From NCBI GenBank assembly GCA_027923505.1, contig BROI01000001.1, forward strand, positions 2,914,001 to 2,978,000: 64,000 bases of DNA, in the 5' to 3' direction. Positions 1-11,158 of the stretch are shown here, in pieces. Numbering within the stretch: position 1 is the stretch's first letter; every line of letters begins with the position of its first letter. The DNA is from Mayamaea pseudoterrestris. Its lineage: Eukaryota. The notes beneath the pieces are model-generated. The model was given only the letters and a program-made list of their open reading frames with translations. It was not told where the DNA came from and ran no database searches. The translations under genes were made by a program, and so were the position numbers.

Positions 1-655
1 GTGATAACGATATGATAGTGGTTGGACCGCCATTTATCATTAAATTATGGTGCTCAGTTTGGCTTACGAATATTTTGTGGCAACCTTTACGTAACGAAAT
101 CCAGCGGTAAACGCTCCTACAACGATAATTATGAAACATTGAATACAACTCTAATTTGCAGATACATGTAGTTGAAAAGATCTGTTCTGAGTTTGATTTG
201 TAAACCTTCATGTTAGCGATGACTTCCCGAATCGTCTCTTCTTTGCGCCTATGATCGTATGACGTCCGAAATATTATCTTTCTTAAACTCTTGCCAGTTG
301 CAATCAGGAAAGAAGAGCTCCATAACCGGTATGCTAGCTGCCACAACAGGAAGTTGCTGTAGCGTTACAAGGAACGATGATCTACTTATGATGTCAGGGT
401 ATGCCTGCATCCGCAAAAGAGCAAGCAAGAACGTTACTCCATACTCAATAGAGCCTCGGGAGCTTTCCCGGACAACTTATAGGTGCAGTAGTGCACGACT
501 GAACGTTGTGCTACCCTGTCAGCCGAGTTGCGGTACGATATGAATCTGAGGTCCGATCGGATTGTGTGCATGGATTCATCGGACAACATAAATGACACGA
601 CGAACAGGCTTCATGCTTATCATCCAACATCATTTGTATCCACTTATCCTATACA

Positions 656-1660
656 ATAAAGATTGTAGCCATCTGTGCCACCGTAGCGTTCGCCCTCGGG
701 TTCTTTTGTGCTTCGATTAATGCTGCAGATGACGACTTTATCCTTGGAGCGTATCTGCCAGACTATCGAGACTACATTCAGGTCAATCACTCTGCACCAT
801 TCTTGACAGATCTTTACCTGTTCAGTGCAGCCCCTGCCGATATTATGGGAGACAAACAACTTGATGACTGTTGCCTTAATGAGAATCATTACAGAACTGC
901 TCGGCATGCGCGAGCGTTCAAGGCGGAGCAACAAGGTCAAGACAGCAGGAATTTGCGACTCTGGTTGACAGTCGGTGGAGCTGGACGATCAGACCATTTC
1001 TTGCACGACCTTGATGGTCTTGTTGAGTCAATTTACAGGGTAATTAAAAGAGAGGAACTGCATGGCGTTTCCCTAGATTGCGAGAGCTTTTCGCATGAGG
1101 ACGACTATTCTACCTACCAACTTTGGATAACGAGAGCAGCGAACGAACTCAAGGCCAACGGCGTTTCCGTGACAGTGACATTACACGTAGGTCAATACCT
1201 TTCTAAAGATGCGTATGCGGCCGTTGATCAACTGCATCTCATGGCATACGACATGCACGGTGCTTATCACGCTGACATTATGGCCGTTAGTGCGGCGGTC
1301 GACAAGCTCATCGAGTCGGGCTGTGCAGCTAGCAAAATTATTGTCGGAGTCCCGGCGTACGCACGACACTCAAGGAGGCCAGGCGACGTCAAGTCATTTG
1401 CTGAAATCATTGACGAAATTGAGCGCTCGCAGTCTCGCGACAAGTTTGAAGACGCTGGTTACTGGAAGGGATACCGCGGTGAGTCGACTTTTACGGTCAA
1501 GACCAAGGTCGCTTGGGCAAGAAAAAGAGAGCTTGGAGGAATTTTCTTTTGGGAGCTTGGTCAGGATAAGCAGCACCCGACGGCACCGGGAGGTCTGCTA
1601 TTGGAAGCTGCAGCGACGGCAGTCAAGGAAACAATGCCTTTATCGTCGGATGAACTGTAA
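656..1660 (+). CDS. GH18 chitinase-like secreted protein; the frame extends upstream of the track's TTG start and the signal peptide begins at ATA 656
   Basis: The frame is open from 596. From 656 it reads (I)KIVAICATVAFALGFFCASINA-ADDDFILGAYLPDYR. GH18 motifs present: LTVGG, HGVSLDCE (DxE kept), LHLMAYD, KIIVGVPAY, LGGIFFWELGQD. Confidence 0.8.
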   Translation: MKIVAICATVAFALGFFCASINAADDDFILGAYLPDYRDYIQVNHSAPFLTDLYLFSAAPADIMGDKQLDDCCLNENHYRTARHARAFKAEQQGQDSRNLRLWLTVGGAGRSDHFLHDLDGLVESIYRVIKREELHGVSLDCESFSHEDDYSTYQLWITRAANELKANGVSVTVTLHVGQYLSKDAYAAVDQLHLMAYDMHGAYHADIMAVSAAVDKLIESGCAASKIIVGVPAYARHSRRPGDVKSFAEIIDEIERSQSRDKFEDAGYWKGYRGESTFTVKTKVAWARKRELGGIFFWELGQDKQHPTAPGGLLLEAAATAVKETMPLSSDEL

Positions 1661-1783
1661 ACACTAATTATAAATGATTTCAATTAAACATCAATGTAAC
1701 GTGAATGAATACTGTATGCATACCGGTAGCTAATTTTGGAACCAGACAGTGGCCGCTTTGTGCAAATACTGGCAAACTTGAGC

Positions 1784-2869
1784 TCAAACAACTGCCGACT
1801 GAGTTTTACCCTTTACGACTTTAGTGTCTCCAGGATGTTCGTTGGTCGTAACATTGACCATGTAATATCCATCTGCTTCGTCCTCATTCGCTTCGACAAG
1901 GTGTTCGGCTGCGCCCTCCTCCGATTCCAACACTTCGTAGGAAGTGACAAGCATTGTTATAAAGCTCACATTGGTTGGTGCCTTGGTCCAGCCCAACTTC
2001 CATGCCCCAACGCAATAGATGAATGCCATGAGTGCTTCCATGACACCGTAAAAGAACGGTACACCCATTGCTGCGGCGCGATCGTCACCTTGGAACATGG
2101 ATATAGCTACACTTGAAGCAATTCCAATGTTTTGGTAGGACACTTCAATCGCCATTGCCACTCGCTCTGGCTTGACGAGCCTGAGCAGAATACCAACTGC
2201 CGTCGCCGCCAGAAGACTGCCACTGGACGGAATGATAATCGCCCAGTAAAAGGAGGCCTCGCGATGCCAGATTCGTGCGTCTTCATCTGCATTTGCAATG
2301 AAGAAGGAAATGACAACCAAGATTGCTCCAGCAGCATTTCCAATGCGGTTTGCTAAAATCTTGACAAAGTGGTTCTGACGTGCACCATCGGATCCAAAGT
2401 GATGCGATACGAATAATCCAGCTGCAATGGCCAGGATGACAACAATAAGCGCCATAATGAGTGAGCCCCAGTCAATCATGGCGTCAACATTGTCATCTTG
2501 GTAGCAGTATCTCGCATAAACAAGCAGGTTAATCGGAAGAATGACTGCTGACAAAATTGTTGATATGGCAGTCATGGTGACCGAGAGTGCCAAGTCGGCG
2601 TTGAATAGACTGCACCACCAGTTGGAGTAACTTCCTCCTGGACTCGATGTGACGACGAGCAATGCCAACCCGGTCGGATAGTCCAAACGAAAACCCAAGA
2701 CACATATGAAACCCAGTAGCGGTATCAGAAAGAACTGTAGTGCCAGCCCACTTAGAATCGCTCGTCGATTTTGTAGTTGCGTCTGAAAGTGTTTATAGTT
2801 GACGGTGGCACTCATGCCGAAAATTAGAAGGAAGAGCAGAATCTGGCTGAGAATTTCGATCCATCTCAT
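1784..2869 (-). CDS. Bile acid:sodium symporter (BASS/SLC10) family transporter
   Basis: Multiple TM helices. Motifs LIFGMSATV, QFFLIPLLGF, SSPGGSYSNWW, ADLALSVTMT, AIEVSYQN. Confidence 0.9.
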   Translation of the reverse strand: MRWIEILSQILLFLLIFGMSATVNYKHFQTQLQNRRAILSGLALQFFLIPLLGFICVLGFRLDYPTGLALLVVTSSPGGSYSNWWCSLFNADLALSVTMTAISTILSAVILPINLLVYARYCYQDDNVDAMIDWGSLIMALIVVILAIAAGLFVSHHFGSDGARQNHFVKILANRIGNAAGAILVVISFFIANADEDARIWHREASFYWAIIIPSSGSLLAATAVGILLRLVKPERVAMAIEVSYQNIGIASSVAISMFQGDDRAAAMGVPFFYGVMEALMAFIYCVGAWKLGWTKAPTNVSFITMLVTSYEVLESEEGAAEHLVEANEDEADGYYMVNVTTNEHPGDTKVVKGKTQSAVV

Positions 2870-3123
2870 GGTATTGAGTCTCTTCTTCTGCGCAGTATAA
2901 GTTTACTACTTCTTCAAGCAGAATTGATTGGAATGGGGGGTGCTTGGTCCCAGTAGAGGCAAGCAATGGAGCTGCTTGAGGGACCAAAGCGATGATGGCA
3001 ATAAAAATGCGTTGGAACGGTTGGGTCGTGATCTGTGTCGTTTCACAGTGAATCACGAGCGGTACTCATCTGTCTTACCGTTATTGGAAGGCTGCTTTCC
3101 GTCGTCAATCTGCGCCATTCACC

Positions 3124-3981
3124 ATGGCCGATCAATCTTCATCGAGCAGTGCCAAAGAGTCAAGCAAGACTCTGTCAAAAGCGTCGCTATATGCCCCACT
3201 TTCTGCTTACAGCCATGATGATCCAGCTTTATTTGTTCGCACCAAGAAACCATCCACTTCGACGCAGGAAAGTTCCCTATTCGATTTCTTAGGCAAGGTC
3301 AGCCATGACTATCATCGCAACGGCAGCCTCGCTACCAGTAAAAACTCGGCTAATCGGCCATCTGCTGTCAACGAACTTAAGGATAAACTACATCAGCGAG
3401 CGCTCACGCTCGTCACCGGAGGAATTAATCCGAGCAAGAAGCAAGGATTGGCAGTGAAGAATGCGACTTCTGCAGCAAATAGGAGAAGGCGGAAACGCAA
3501 AGTTTTGATTGCATGCAATCGGAAAGATGAAGTCAAAGGTATGAATGCTCTGTCATCAGAAATGAAGCAACGACAATCGAAGTTTTTGCAGCAGCTGAAC
3601 TTTCAATGGAACAATCATGTTCGCCGGCTTGTACGTTGCCAAAACGACGATGGGACCATATTAGAGGCTGATTTACTTTCAAAACGAATATTCATTGTTG
3701 CAAAACATATAGAGTGGATTGGAGCGCAGGTGCTGGTCCAAGAGTGTTTATCCCATCCAGCGTGGGTTGGAAGGCAAGGAATACTTGTTTCGTCAACAAC
3801 TCAGACATGGAAGATTATAGTGACGAAGTGCATGGACGACCAAACGGTGCGCTTTAATGTTCTTGCCATTCCAAAGAAAGCTTCGTTGCTGACTGTCGAG
3901 TTTTCGTTCGCAAATGGCACGGACAATAGCATTACGGACGCTCGAATTTATATCCAATTGAGAGATGGAATCGTCAAGTAA
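3124..3981 (+). CDS. POP4: RNase P/MRP subunit p29 (POP4/Rpp29)-like
   Basis: C-terminal EWIGAQVLVQEC..PAWVGRQGILVSST..IPKKAS pattern, preceded by LNFQWNNHV and a basic RRRRKRK stretch. Confidence 0.6.
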   Translation: MADQSSSSSAKESSKTLSKASLYAPLSAYSHDDPALFVRTKKPSTSTQESSLFDFLGKVSHDYHRNGSLATSKNSANRPSAVNELKDKLHQRALTLVTGGINPSKKQGLAVKNATSAANRRRRKRKVLIACNRKDEVKGMNALSSEMKQRQSKFLQQLNFQWNNHVRRLVRCQNDDGTILEADLLSKRIFIVAKHIEWIGAQVLVQECLSHPAWVGRQGILVSSTTQTWKIIVTKCMDDQTVRFNVLAIPKKASLLTVEFSFANGTDNSITDARIYIQLRDGIVK

Positions 3982-4084
3982 TACACTGCTCTAATACCAA
4001 TCTTAACGAACTATACTATGACTGCTACTTTAATATCTCCAAAGCATCAAGTTGATATGGTTCTTAGTACGAATAAATCTGCGC

Positions 4085-4396
4085 TTAGTACTGGTGACCA
4101 GCCGCTGCGGACTTAGCACCCAACTCGAAATGCTTGGTTCGCTTCAAACACAGTTGCTTCTTCGCCTTACATTTCTTGCATTCTAAACGCAGCACAACCT
4201 TTCTTGTGGTCTTGGCCTTCTTGTGAAAGACTGGCTTGGTTTGTCCACCAAATCCCATTTGCTTGGAATCGTACCGGCGCTTGCCTTGAGCAAAATTCGA
4301 TGCCTTGCCGGCCTTGTATTGAGTGACCTTGTGGAGTTCATGCTTCTTGCACTTGCCAGCGCAGTAGGTCTTGCGCTCCTTTGGGACGTTTACCAT
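4085..4396 (-). CDS. RPL36A: 60S ribosomal protein eL42 (L36a/L44)
   Basis: [46 protein letters not shown]. Confidence 0.98.
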   Translation of the reverse strand: MVNVPKERKTYCAGKCKKHELHKVTQYKAGKASNFAQGKRRYDSKQMGFGGQTKPVFHKKAKTTRKVVLRLECKKCKAKKQLCLKRTKHFELGAKSAAAGHQY

Positions 4397-4825
4397 GATT
4401 TACGACAATAGATGGAGAATCTAAATGGACAATGAGAAAGCAAAGACATGAGAGACTTTATCCTCCTTCAATACTAAAGCCACGGTCTCCTAGGCGATGA
4501 TAGCCACGATATCTGCTCGTGAGTCCATGTCTTAATCGTACAAGGCGAACGCACCAGTAAATTGACACTATCAGACCAATTCAAACGAAGGATAGAGTGC
4601 TCCGACAACCGCCATTGCGAGCGACGCCATGCAGTCAGTTTTAGTAGAGCGGTAACTTGCCGATTGCCAATCGCAGGTCAGACCGGCACTGAAAAGACAT
4701 TTTTTCAGTCGATTCACGACTTTTGCGGCCGAGCGGAGAAAACCTGCCACAAAACAGACGCTGCAACTATAGTCACATGATTTCGCCTTTCTCTGTTGTA
4801 TACTGAAAACTACTTGTCAATTTTC

Positions 4826-6650
4826 ATGACAATCCTGGAGCGTCGCCGACGCGTTCAGGAAAGATCTACTTCTTGCAAGAAACCACGAGAGCTCCTGCTG
4901 AACCATCATCCTTCGCGGAGCACGCAGTTTTCTGTTACGTCGAGTCAGTCCAAGCAAAAGGTCTCGTCACTATTGCAATCACTGCAGTACAAGAACAGAC
5001 GGAACCGACAGATGGAGAAACCTCGCCCAGATGTCATTGTCATGCGAGCAATTCGAGAGACGGTGCGAGAGCTCTTGCGTGAGCAGCCGACAATTTCGCT
5101 TCACAATATGGCAAATGCGCTTGCGGCGAATGAATACATTTTTGAACTTTACTCCATGCCCTTAATGGATCGAGATGTATATCAGACATGCCAGCCAAAC
5201 TCGGGCGCCTATAGTATGATGCAAAGCTTGGCGGCATCTTTGAAAAGCAAACTTTCCATATTCTCCAACGACACGACCAGTGACCGAAACGAAAAGCAAA
5301 ATAGCTTGGACCGAAAGTATCAGCTGACAAATGCATTTTCGAAATTGCGGAACACAACAGGATCGGCGTCTACAATTATGATTCGAAGTTGGGAGGATGC
5401 TAAGGCGCACTTGGCGACAGTCTTTGACCTCGGTTCGCTTGGGCCAGAAACCAGTGAAGAGCCAAACGAGAGTGACCGTGTTGTACATAAGTACGACAGG
5501 GCTCTTCGCGACATTTCTCGCGAAAGTCTATTAGAAAAGCCAATCGGCATGACTCCGTCGCAGTTGCGCTTTCAAGAAATGGCAAAGCTCGGTCAAGTTC
5601 CAAAGGCGATTTCGGAGCCGTTGCAGCAACAAATTGAAGCCGCTTATCAAAAACGAGAGGAATTAGAAAATGCAAGACTTGACAAACTTCGCGCGATTGA
5701 GGAAGAAACTAAACGAAAGGAGCAAGAAGCAGAAGCCAAGAAGCGGGCGGCGGAGCTCATGCGACAGATGACAACGCAGGAGCAAGATCTTGTCAAAAAG
5801 GCCTTGTATGGCATTGGACCTAACACGGAAGTTATTGCAAAGATTGGGTCTGATACATGTCAGCGCGGCTCGATTCAGCGATTGCAGCCAGGAGAATGGC
5901 TCAACGATGAAGTTATTCATTACTTTCTGATTATGTTGTCTCTTCGCGATGAACAGCTGGTTAACGAAGGAAAACGCTCGCGACGAAGCCATTTCTTTAA
6001 ATCATACTTCATGACAAAGCTTATGAATGATGGCGACTCGGAAAAGGACGGCATGTACGAGTACAAGAACGTCAAAAGGTGGTCGAAGAACGTTCCTGGT
6101 AAGTTTTATCTTCTCGCGCCATTTGTTTTGCCGCCCTTCGCGAGTATCATTACCTACAGACGCCCGCCCTCTTCACGCCAGGCAAGGATATATTCAATCT
6201 TGACAAAATATTCTTTCCTGTGAACGTTGGTCGCACGCATTGGGTTGTTGCCGTTGCCTTTATGCAGCAGAAGCGAATACAGTTCTTCGACTCCTTCGGC
6301 GATTCGGGGTATGACTGGATGGAAGCCGTTTTTCGGTACATTAAAGACGAGCACATGGATAAGAATAAAAGTCCATTGCCGGACGAGGAAGAATGGGAGC
6401 TTGTCCCTTGTGTAAGAGGCACTCCACGTCAGCTGAATGGTAAGCCAGAATGCTGTCGTTTTCCTTTATTTATGGAGCCTCCGTTCTCACTTATTTCCTT
6501 TGATTCGTAGGCTACGACTGCGGCGTCTTTACGTGCATGTTCTGCGACTTCCTTTCCAAAGACTGTCCGCTCGTATTCAGTCAGGATCACATAACGCAGT
6601 GCCGTGAACGAATCTGTCTGTCAATATTGAACGGACGAGCCATCCTCTAG
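4826..6650 (+). CDS. Ulp1/SENP SUMO protease (peptidase C48); 3 exons, introns 6099-6181 and 6440-6510
   Basis: WLNDEVI motif. The spliced product restores the catalytic H (VNVGRTHW), D (FFDS) and Q/C (QLNGYDCG). GTAAG..AG intron ends. Start codon uncertain. Confidence 0.9.
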
Positions 6651-6777
6651 TGCATTCGCCATGGAGTGAGAGAGGTACATTTGTACAAAAAGTGAAATAC
6701 CGTATTGAAGCTAATTGTAAAAAATAAAAATAAAATTATCGAGCTGTGCACACATACATATCTTTACGCAACACTTA

Positions 6778-7570
6778 TCATTCGTCGCTCGTTGGCAGAT
6801 CCAGCTCCATTTTGCCGTAAACAACAGCAACATCCGGCAGCAAATCCAGAAGACTAAGAACATTATCATCTAGCCTGTCTTGACTACTAGTATGCATGGC
6901 GCAAAGCTGCTTCCATACGCCCTTGAACAAATTTACGGCAACGGAAGCTGCCTTTTCGCCAGTGACAACCTTTTCGGGATCCATCCGGACTGCAACTGAT
7001 TCCAAACGCATCATGTCCCCGCCTGTCCATTCCACAATCCCTAAATCTTTCTTTTCGCTGCTGTCCCTTTTATCGGCAGAGTCTTTCGGAAGGTGCACCT
7101 GCAAACGAATCTGCCGGTATCCTCCTTCGGCGCACTGCAAGCACTCATCCAACTCCTGCACCAGCGCCAATAGTCCCCAAGGACGTGATTGTCCGGGAAG
7201 GAACATGTAGCCTTGAAACCACTCGGATTCAACATCATGCAACAACCAAACGACGCGGCCTTTGAATGATTTATTAGTTGAGGATGCAGTCGTAAGGTCG
7301 GGTTGCTGAAAGGAAACGGATATCTTGCGGCGGCAGGACGGATCAGTGCAGTCAATGCAGTCGCCATCATCGGCAGCGTTATCAATCGGATTACTGGAGT
7401 AAGGCCCCTTTAAGTTCCTGTCTACGCGAAGGCGCTTGCGACGTATCTGAGTCCATCCAAGTTCCAGTGGTGGTGCGGTTTCAGAATTGCTTGACGGCAT
7501 CGCGACCGTCTCGTTGGCGGCTGCGTCCATCTTGACGGCCACGGTTGCATCTTTGGCTTTGTCAGTCATA
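6778..7570 (-). CDS. Hypothetical protein
   Basis: ~260-codon ORF with ATG near 7570, filling the gap between genes. No recognisable motif. Confidence 0.6.
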
Positions 7571-7785
7571 TTAGACAAAATTGCTTGAACAAGTCAAAGT
7601 TACTTGGTTGGGATGGGAATGTGCACAATGTGCACAAGAAGGAAAGTCGAGAGATGGGGCGAAACCTCAATGAGCATGTCGCAGCGTTGATGGATATTCG
7701 ATAACAACGATTGCCATTGTACGTAAGTCTCATCTCACTTTACTCCTAAAACCACATCAAGTGTATGGAAAAATGCAATCAAACG

Positions 7786-9021
7786 TTATGTCGCAATCTT
7801 TGATGGTATGACTTTGTGACTCGAGACAAAAATGGGTCGCCCTTCCTTGCCAAAGAGGTTTACGACGTTGAGAATATCCAGAACCGAGTTTTCCTCCTCC
7901 AGACAACTTGCGGCGCCACACGCCAGTCCGAATGAAAAAGCAGTCATCATGGCTCGAGCAGCTGGCCGTTCATTTCCCGCCAACAATCTTTGAACCTCCT
8001 GCGGCAGACATGGAGGTTTCATGCCCGCCGTATCCGTCAAATGCTTCCAAGCAGCCAGTGTTCCAGCGGCCACGGCGTCACCAGCCCCGACAGGATACAA
8101 TTGCGGACTTGCATCTCGCGTGGTTGAGTCAGGCTTGAGCGTCTCGACCCATTGTCCCCATTTGGAACCAAATGACTTGTCGTCATCCGTGGACTGCAAA
8201 CGCGCTACTGGCACCTTGAAGACACGAAACTCGTCGTCGGATCCCACGGGTAAAGCAATAAAGTATGCATCATGGGATCCGTCGGTAATTGCAATGGCGT
8301 TTAAAGCATGATAGTTGTAAATTTTCATAAAAGCGGTAATGGCTTGAAGAAGCTCTTCCATGGCAATGCCGCCAGCTTCACTCGTTGCCTTGGTAACTTG
8401 AGCTAATCGACAAAGTTCTGACGCATTGCATTTCAGCATGACGGGCCCTTTATCTGGTTTGGCAGCAATAGTTTCCAATAGTCCCCGCAGCCCAACGACC
8501 GAATCAATGACGCATAGCGTCTTTCGATCGGCAACAGTTTGGTATATTTGGGCGTAAAGGTCATCTGGACAACCAGGAGGCATGGAACCCATGATGCAAA
8601 GCGCGTCAGCAGTTTGTCCTATCAATTTTTCTTGCAGTTCTCGTAATTCGTTCTCTTGGATGACTGGACTTGGTTCTACAAGCTCAGTTGTACAATCGCG
8701 AGCGACAATGGATGTGCAGGTTCGCATAATGCTAGCCGGACGAACAGTCAACCGCATTCCGTCTTCGCCCAGTAGATCTTGTAGCATATGGTACACGACA
8801 TCACCTTCTGCTCCTGTTCCCACGAATTGTGCTAATTGGACATGTCCTTGGAACTTTAGGCAATTCAGGGCAACGGCAACATCTTGTCCTTTCCCTCCTA
8901 GTCCAATCTGCACCCGTTCAGCTCGGTGGACATCACCAGGGACAAGCGAGTCGCTTGGCGACAAGATAAATCGCTTTTGCAGGGCTCCATTGAGGCCCAC
9001 AACAATTGTGGCGCGCGACAT
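7786..9021 (-). CDS. PfkB-family carbohydrate kinase (1-phosphofructokinase/tagatose-6-P kinase-like)
   Basis: Likely start MSRATIVVGLNGALQK. Motifs GGKGQDVA, MGSMPPG, LKCNASEL, and anion-hole motif PVGAGDA. Confidence 0.85.
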   Translation of the reverse strand: MSRATIVVGLNGALQKRFILSPSDSLVPGDVHRAERVQIGLGGKGQDVAVALNCLKFQGHVQLAQFVGTGAEGDVVYHMLQDLLGEDGMRLTVRPASIMRTCTSIVARDCTTELVEPSPVIQENELRELQEKLIGQTADALCIMGSMPPGCPDDLYAQIYQTVADRKTLCVIDSVVGLRGLLETIAAKPDKGPVMLKCNASELCRLAQVTKATSEAGGIAMEELLQAITAFMKIYNYHALNAIAITDGSHDAYFIALPVGSDDEFRVFKVPVARLQSTDDDKSFGSKWGQWVETLKPDSTTRDASPQLYPVGAGDAVAAGTLAAWKHLTDTAGMKPPCLPQEVQRLLAGNERPAARAMMTAFSFGLACGAASCLEEENSVLDILNVVNLFGKEGRPIFVSSHKVIPSKIAT

Positions 9022-9373
9022 GATCTTCATGAGCAGGTATAAACAATAGAGATACGTTGATGACCAACGAACTGTCTGATGCAAAGAACAAAAGTGTGGG
9101 CGTCGAGAAGCGACGTCGTGTCGCAGCAGTATAGAACAATGTCGTATAGGTTTCAGTTTACGCACGATTGACTTCGCGCGCACGAAAGCGCGCGTCACAT
9201 TTCGGATTCTTCGTCCTCCCACCCATCACCATCGGCTCTGATTCATCGTCGTACAAACTTCTCACATGAAGTCAACGTATACTCATCCCTCCTATAGAAT
9301 ATATACGCCGGCTGTTGCTCCTCTTCAATTTTCTGCTTGTGTGTTATTCATGTTTCGCTCCGAAAGATATCAA

Positions 9374-10786
9374 ATGATCCGTCTTGGCGCACTGACGTTC
9401 GCCTTGCTTCATGTCAAGTCTCTATCCTTCCAACCGATTCGAATGAGCCAGTTGCAGCCTCTGGGGTGGCAAGGATCGTCTAGCCACTTGTACTCCGTTC
9501 CTGTGCCGACCATGACCTTTAGTTCCGTTGGAGACGACGATGAAGACAATGTCAGATTTTCGTCATTTAGTCCATCGAATTCGCCGACTTCCTATCTTCC
9601 CGATGCTGCACATCTTCCTCCGCGCACGAAGGACCTACTCACGCAACTATCGAAAAGCTACATTTACAGCACGCGTCAACGGCCTGTTACGCTAGAGCAA
9701 GTTCTTCAAGTTATTGAAGCCGAGCACTTTCCTATCGATGTACCAATAGTGTTGGGAAGTCGTACGATTGATGTCAAGCAGACGGGGGAAGATGTCGATG
9801 AATCCGTGGCAGAAATCTTTTCGCTGGCCGCCATGTATGCTTTGCCTAAAGAGGTAACTTTACATTTATTGGATAGCTGCATCCTTGGAGCGGAACAAGG
9901 CGATGCCAAGTCTGAGTTGCAGCGTTGCCGCGACATTTACGCCGACAAGGGATGGAGCGCCGTATCATTTCCAAAAGGCTTGGCATTACAAATTATCAAG
10001 AAGTACGAACCGCGTCAGCAGTCAAAGAAGAAAAGGATTGATCCATTCTATTTGCTTCGTAGACAGAAGCGCCGAGTCGAGCAAGCAAGTCAAGCTATAC
10101 TCCGGGCGTCCACGACGATCCCTCCAAAGAAGCGTCTCGAAAGTCGCCAGGATTTTTATCGAACCATGGAGGAGGAACTCTTTGACGCCAAGTCTGGGTC
10201 GCGCTTTATGGTTGATAGTAACAAGAACTTGTTTTTTCCAGGGCATAGTGTTGGAGATTCCATGCGTCGAGGATTTCGCAAGGTGACGCGCACGATGGAC
10301 AAGCAATATGCTCGACTCAAAGGCTCCGGCCGTGCCGGAATCGTGTCATACTGCTTCCTGAATCTTGTCTTTTACACTGTCGGCGTCGTCTGGCAGTGGC
10401 AGAGATTCGCAACGCCCGTGAACCCTTTACACGCACCCAGTGTGAGTACTGTATTGCTCAAAAAGTTTGCCAAAGTATTCGGGTCGCTCTACGTGGCATC
10501 ACAATTTACCAAGCTACCCAAGGTTGTGGCGGCAGTTGCGCTCACACCAGTCGCTCAGCGTATAGTGAATTCGACAAAGAAAAACTTTCGAGTGTCAGAG
10601 ACCGTTGCAACAGTCATGCTTGTCGGAATGCAGTATGTTGTTTGGCTGGGCATCGTCATGATACCCATCCTTTCGGAGTATTCCAGTCTGCGACGCTTAG
10701 TTGAATTGGAAAAACTGGTTGATATTCGGCAGGTAGCGCCAGCATTCTATACCGTGGCGAGAATGGGGTTGCTGCAGGAGTGCTAG
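9374..10786 (+). CDS. Probable plastid-targeted protein with a HopJ-like domain and a C-terminal DUF1279-like membrane domain
   Basis: Signal peptide MIRLGALTFALLHVKSLSF followed by a Ser-rich transit region. TLEQVLQVIE..AEIFSLA..LPKEVTL..KGWSAVSF resembles HopJ. GRAGIVSY..LN..ASQFTKLPK..AVALTP resembles the plant/algal DUF1279-type membrane domain. Confidence 0.55.
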   Translation: MIRLGALTFALLHVKSLSFQPIRMSQLQPLGWQGSSSHLYSVPVPTMTFSSVGDDDEDNVRFSSFSPSNSPTSYLPDAAHLPPRTKDLLTQLSKSYIYSTRQRPVTLEQVLQVIEAEHFPIDVPIVLGSRTIDVKQTGEDVDESVAEIFSLAAMYALPKEVTLHLLDSCILGAEQGDAKSELQRCRDIYADKGWSAVSFPKGLALQIIKKYEPRQQSKKKRIDPFYLLRRQKRRVEQASQAILRASTTIPPKKRLESRQDFYRTMEEELFDAKSGSRFMVDSNKNLFFPGHSVGDSMRRGFRKVTRTMDKQYARLKGSGRAGIVSYCFLNLVFYTVGVVWQWQRFATPVNPLHAPSVSTVLLKKFAKVFGSLYVASQFTKLPKVVAAVALTPVAQRIVNSTKKNFRVSETVATVMLVGMQYVVWLGIVMIPILSEYSSLRRLVELEKLVDIRQVAPAFYTVARMGLLQEC

Positions 10787-11158
10787 AGATTTTCGAAAGT
10801 TTTCGATGCTGCGAAAGTTCGATCATCGGTATCGTTTTATGCAATCCTGGAAATTTCCCCGATGGCACTGGATGGCGCCGTCGGCTCGCAAACGTCCGTT
10901 TCAGTGAAGATATGTGTGTGCACCTACACTTCATTCAAAATGGACACGTGCAATAGAACCAAAGACGGAGTCGGATCAATTGATTTGCTAAGCAAAAGTC
11001 TGTTGGAAATCAAAGAAGCTGTTACAATCCGAGGCAAGCCCTACTTAACCGCGCCAGTTTGCATTGCAACGGTCTATGATTAGCTACTTAAAAGCTTGAA
11101 ACGAGATTGATCTCTTTCTGGGAGACAAACACTTGAAATGTATGTCGCTGAATGCAGC

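Noticed and set aside
1..600. Short ORFs at the window start (259..543 + and a broken - strand frame)
   Set aside because: No recognisable motifs or splice structure; cannot be supported as genes.
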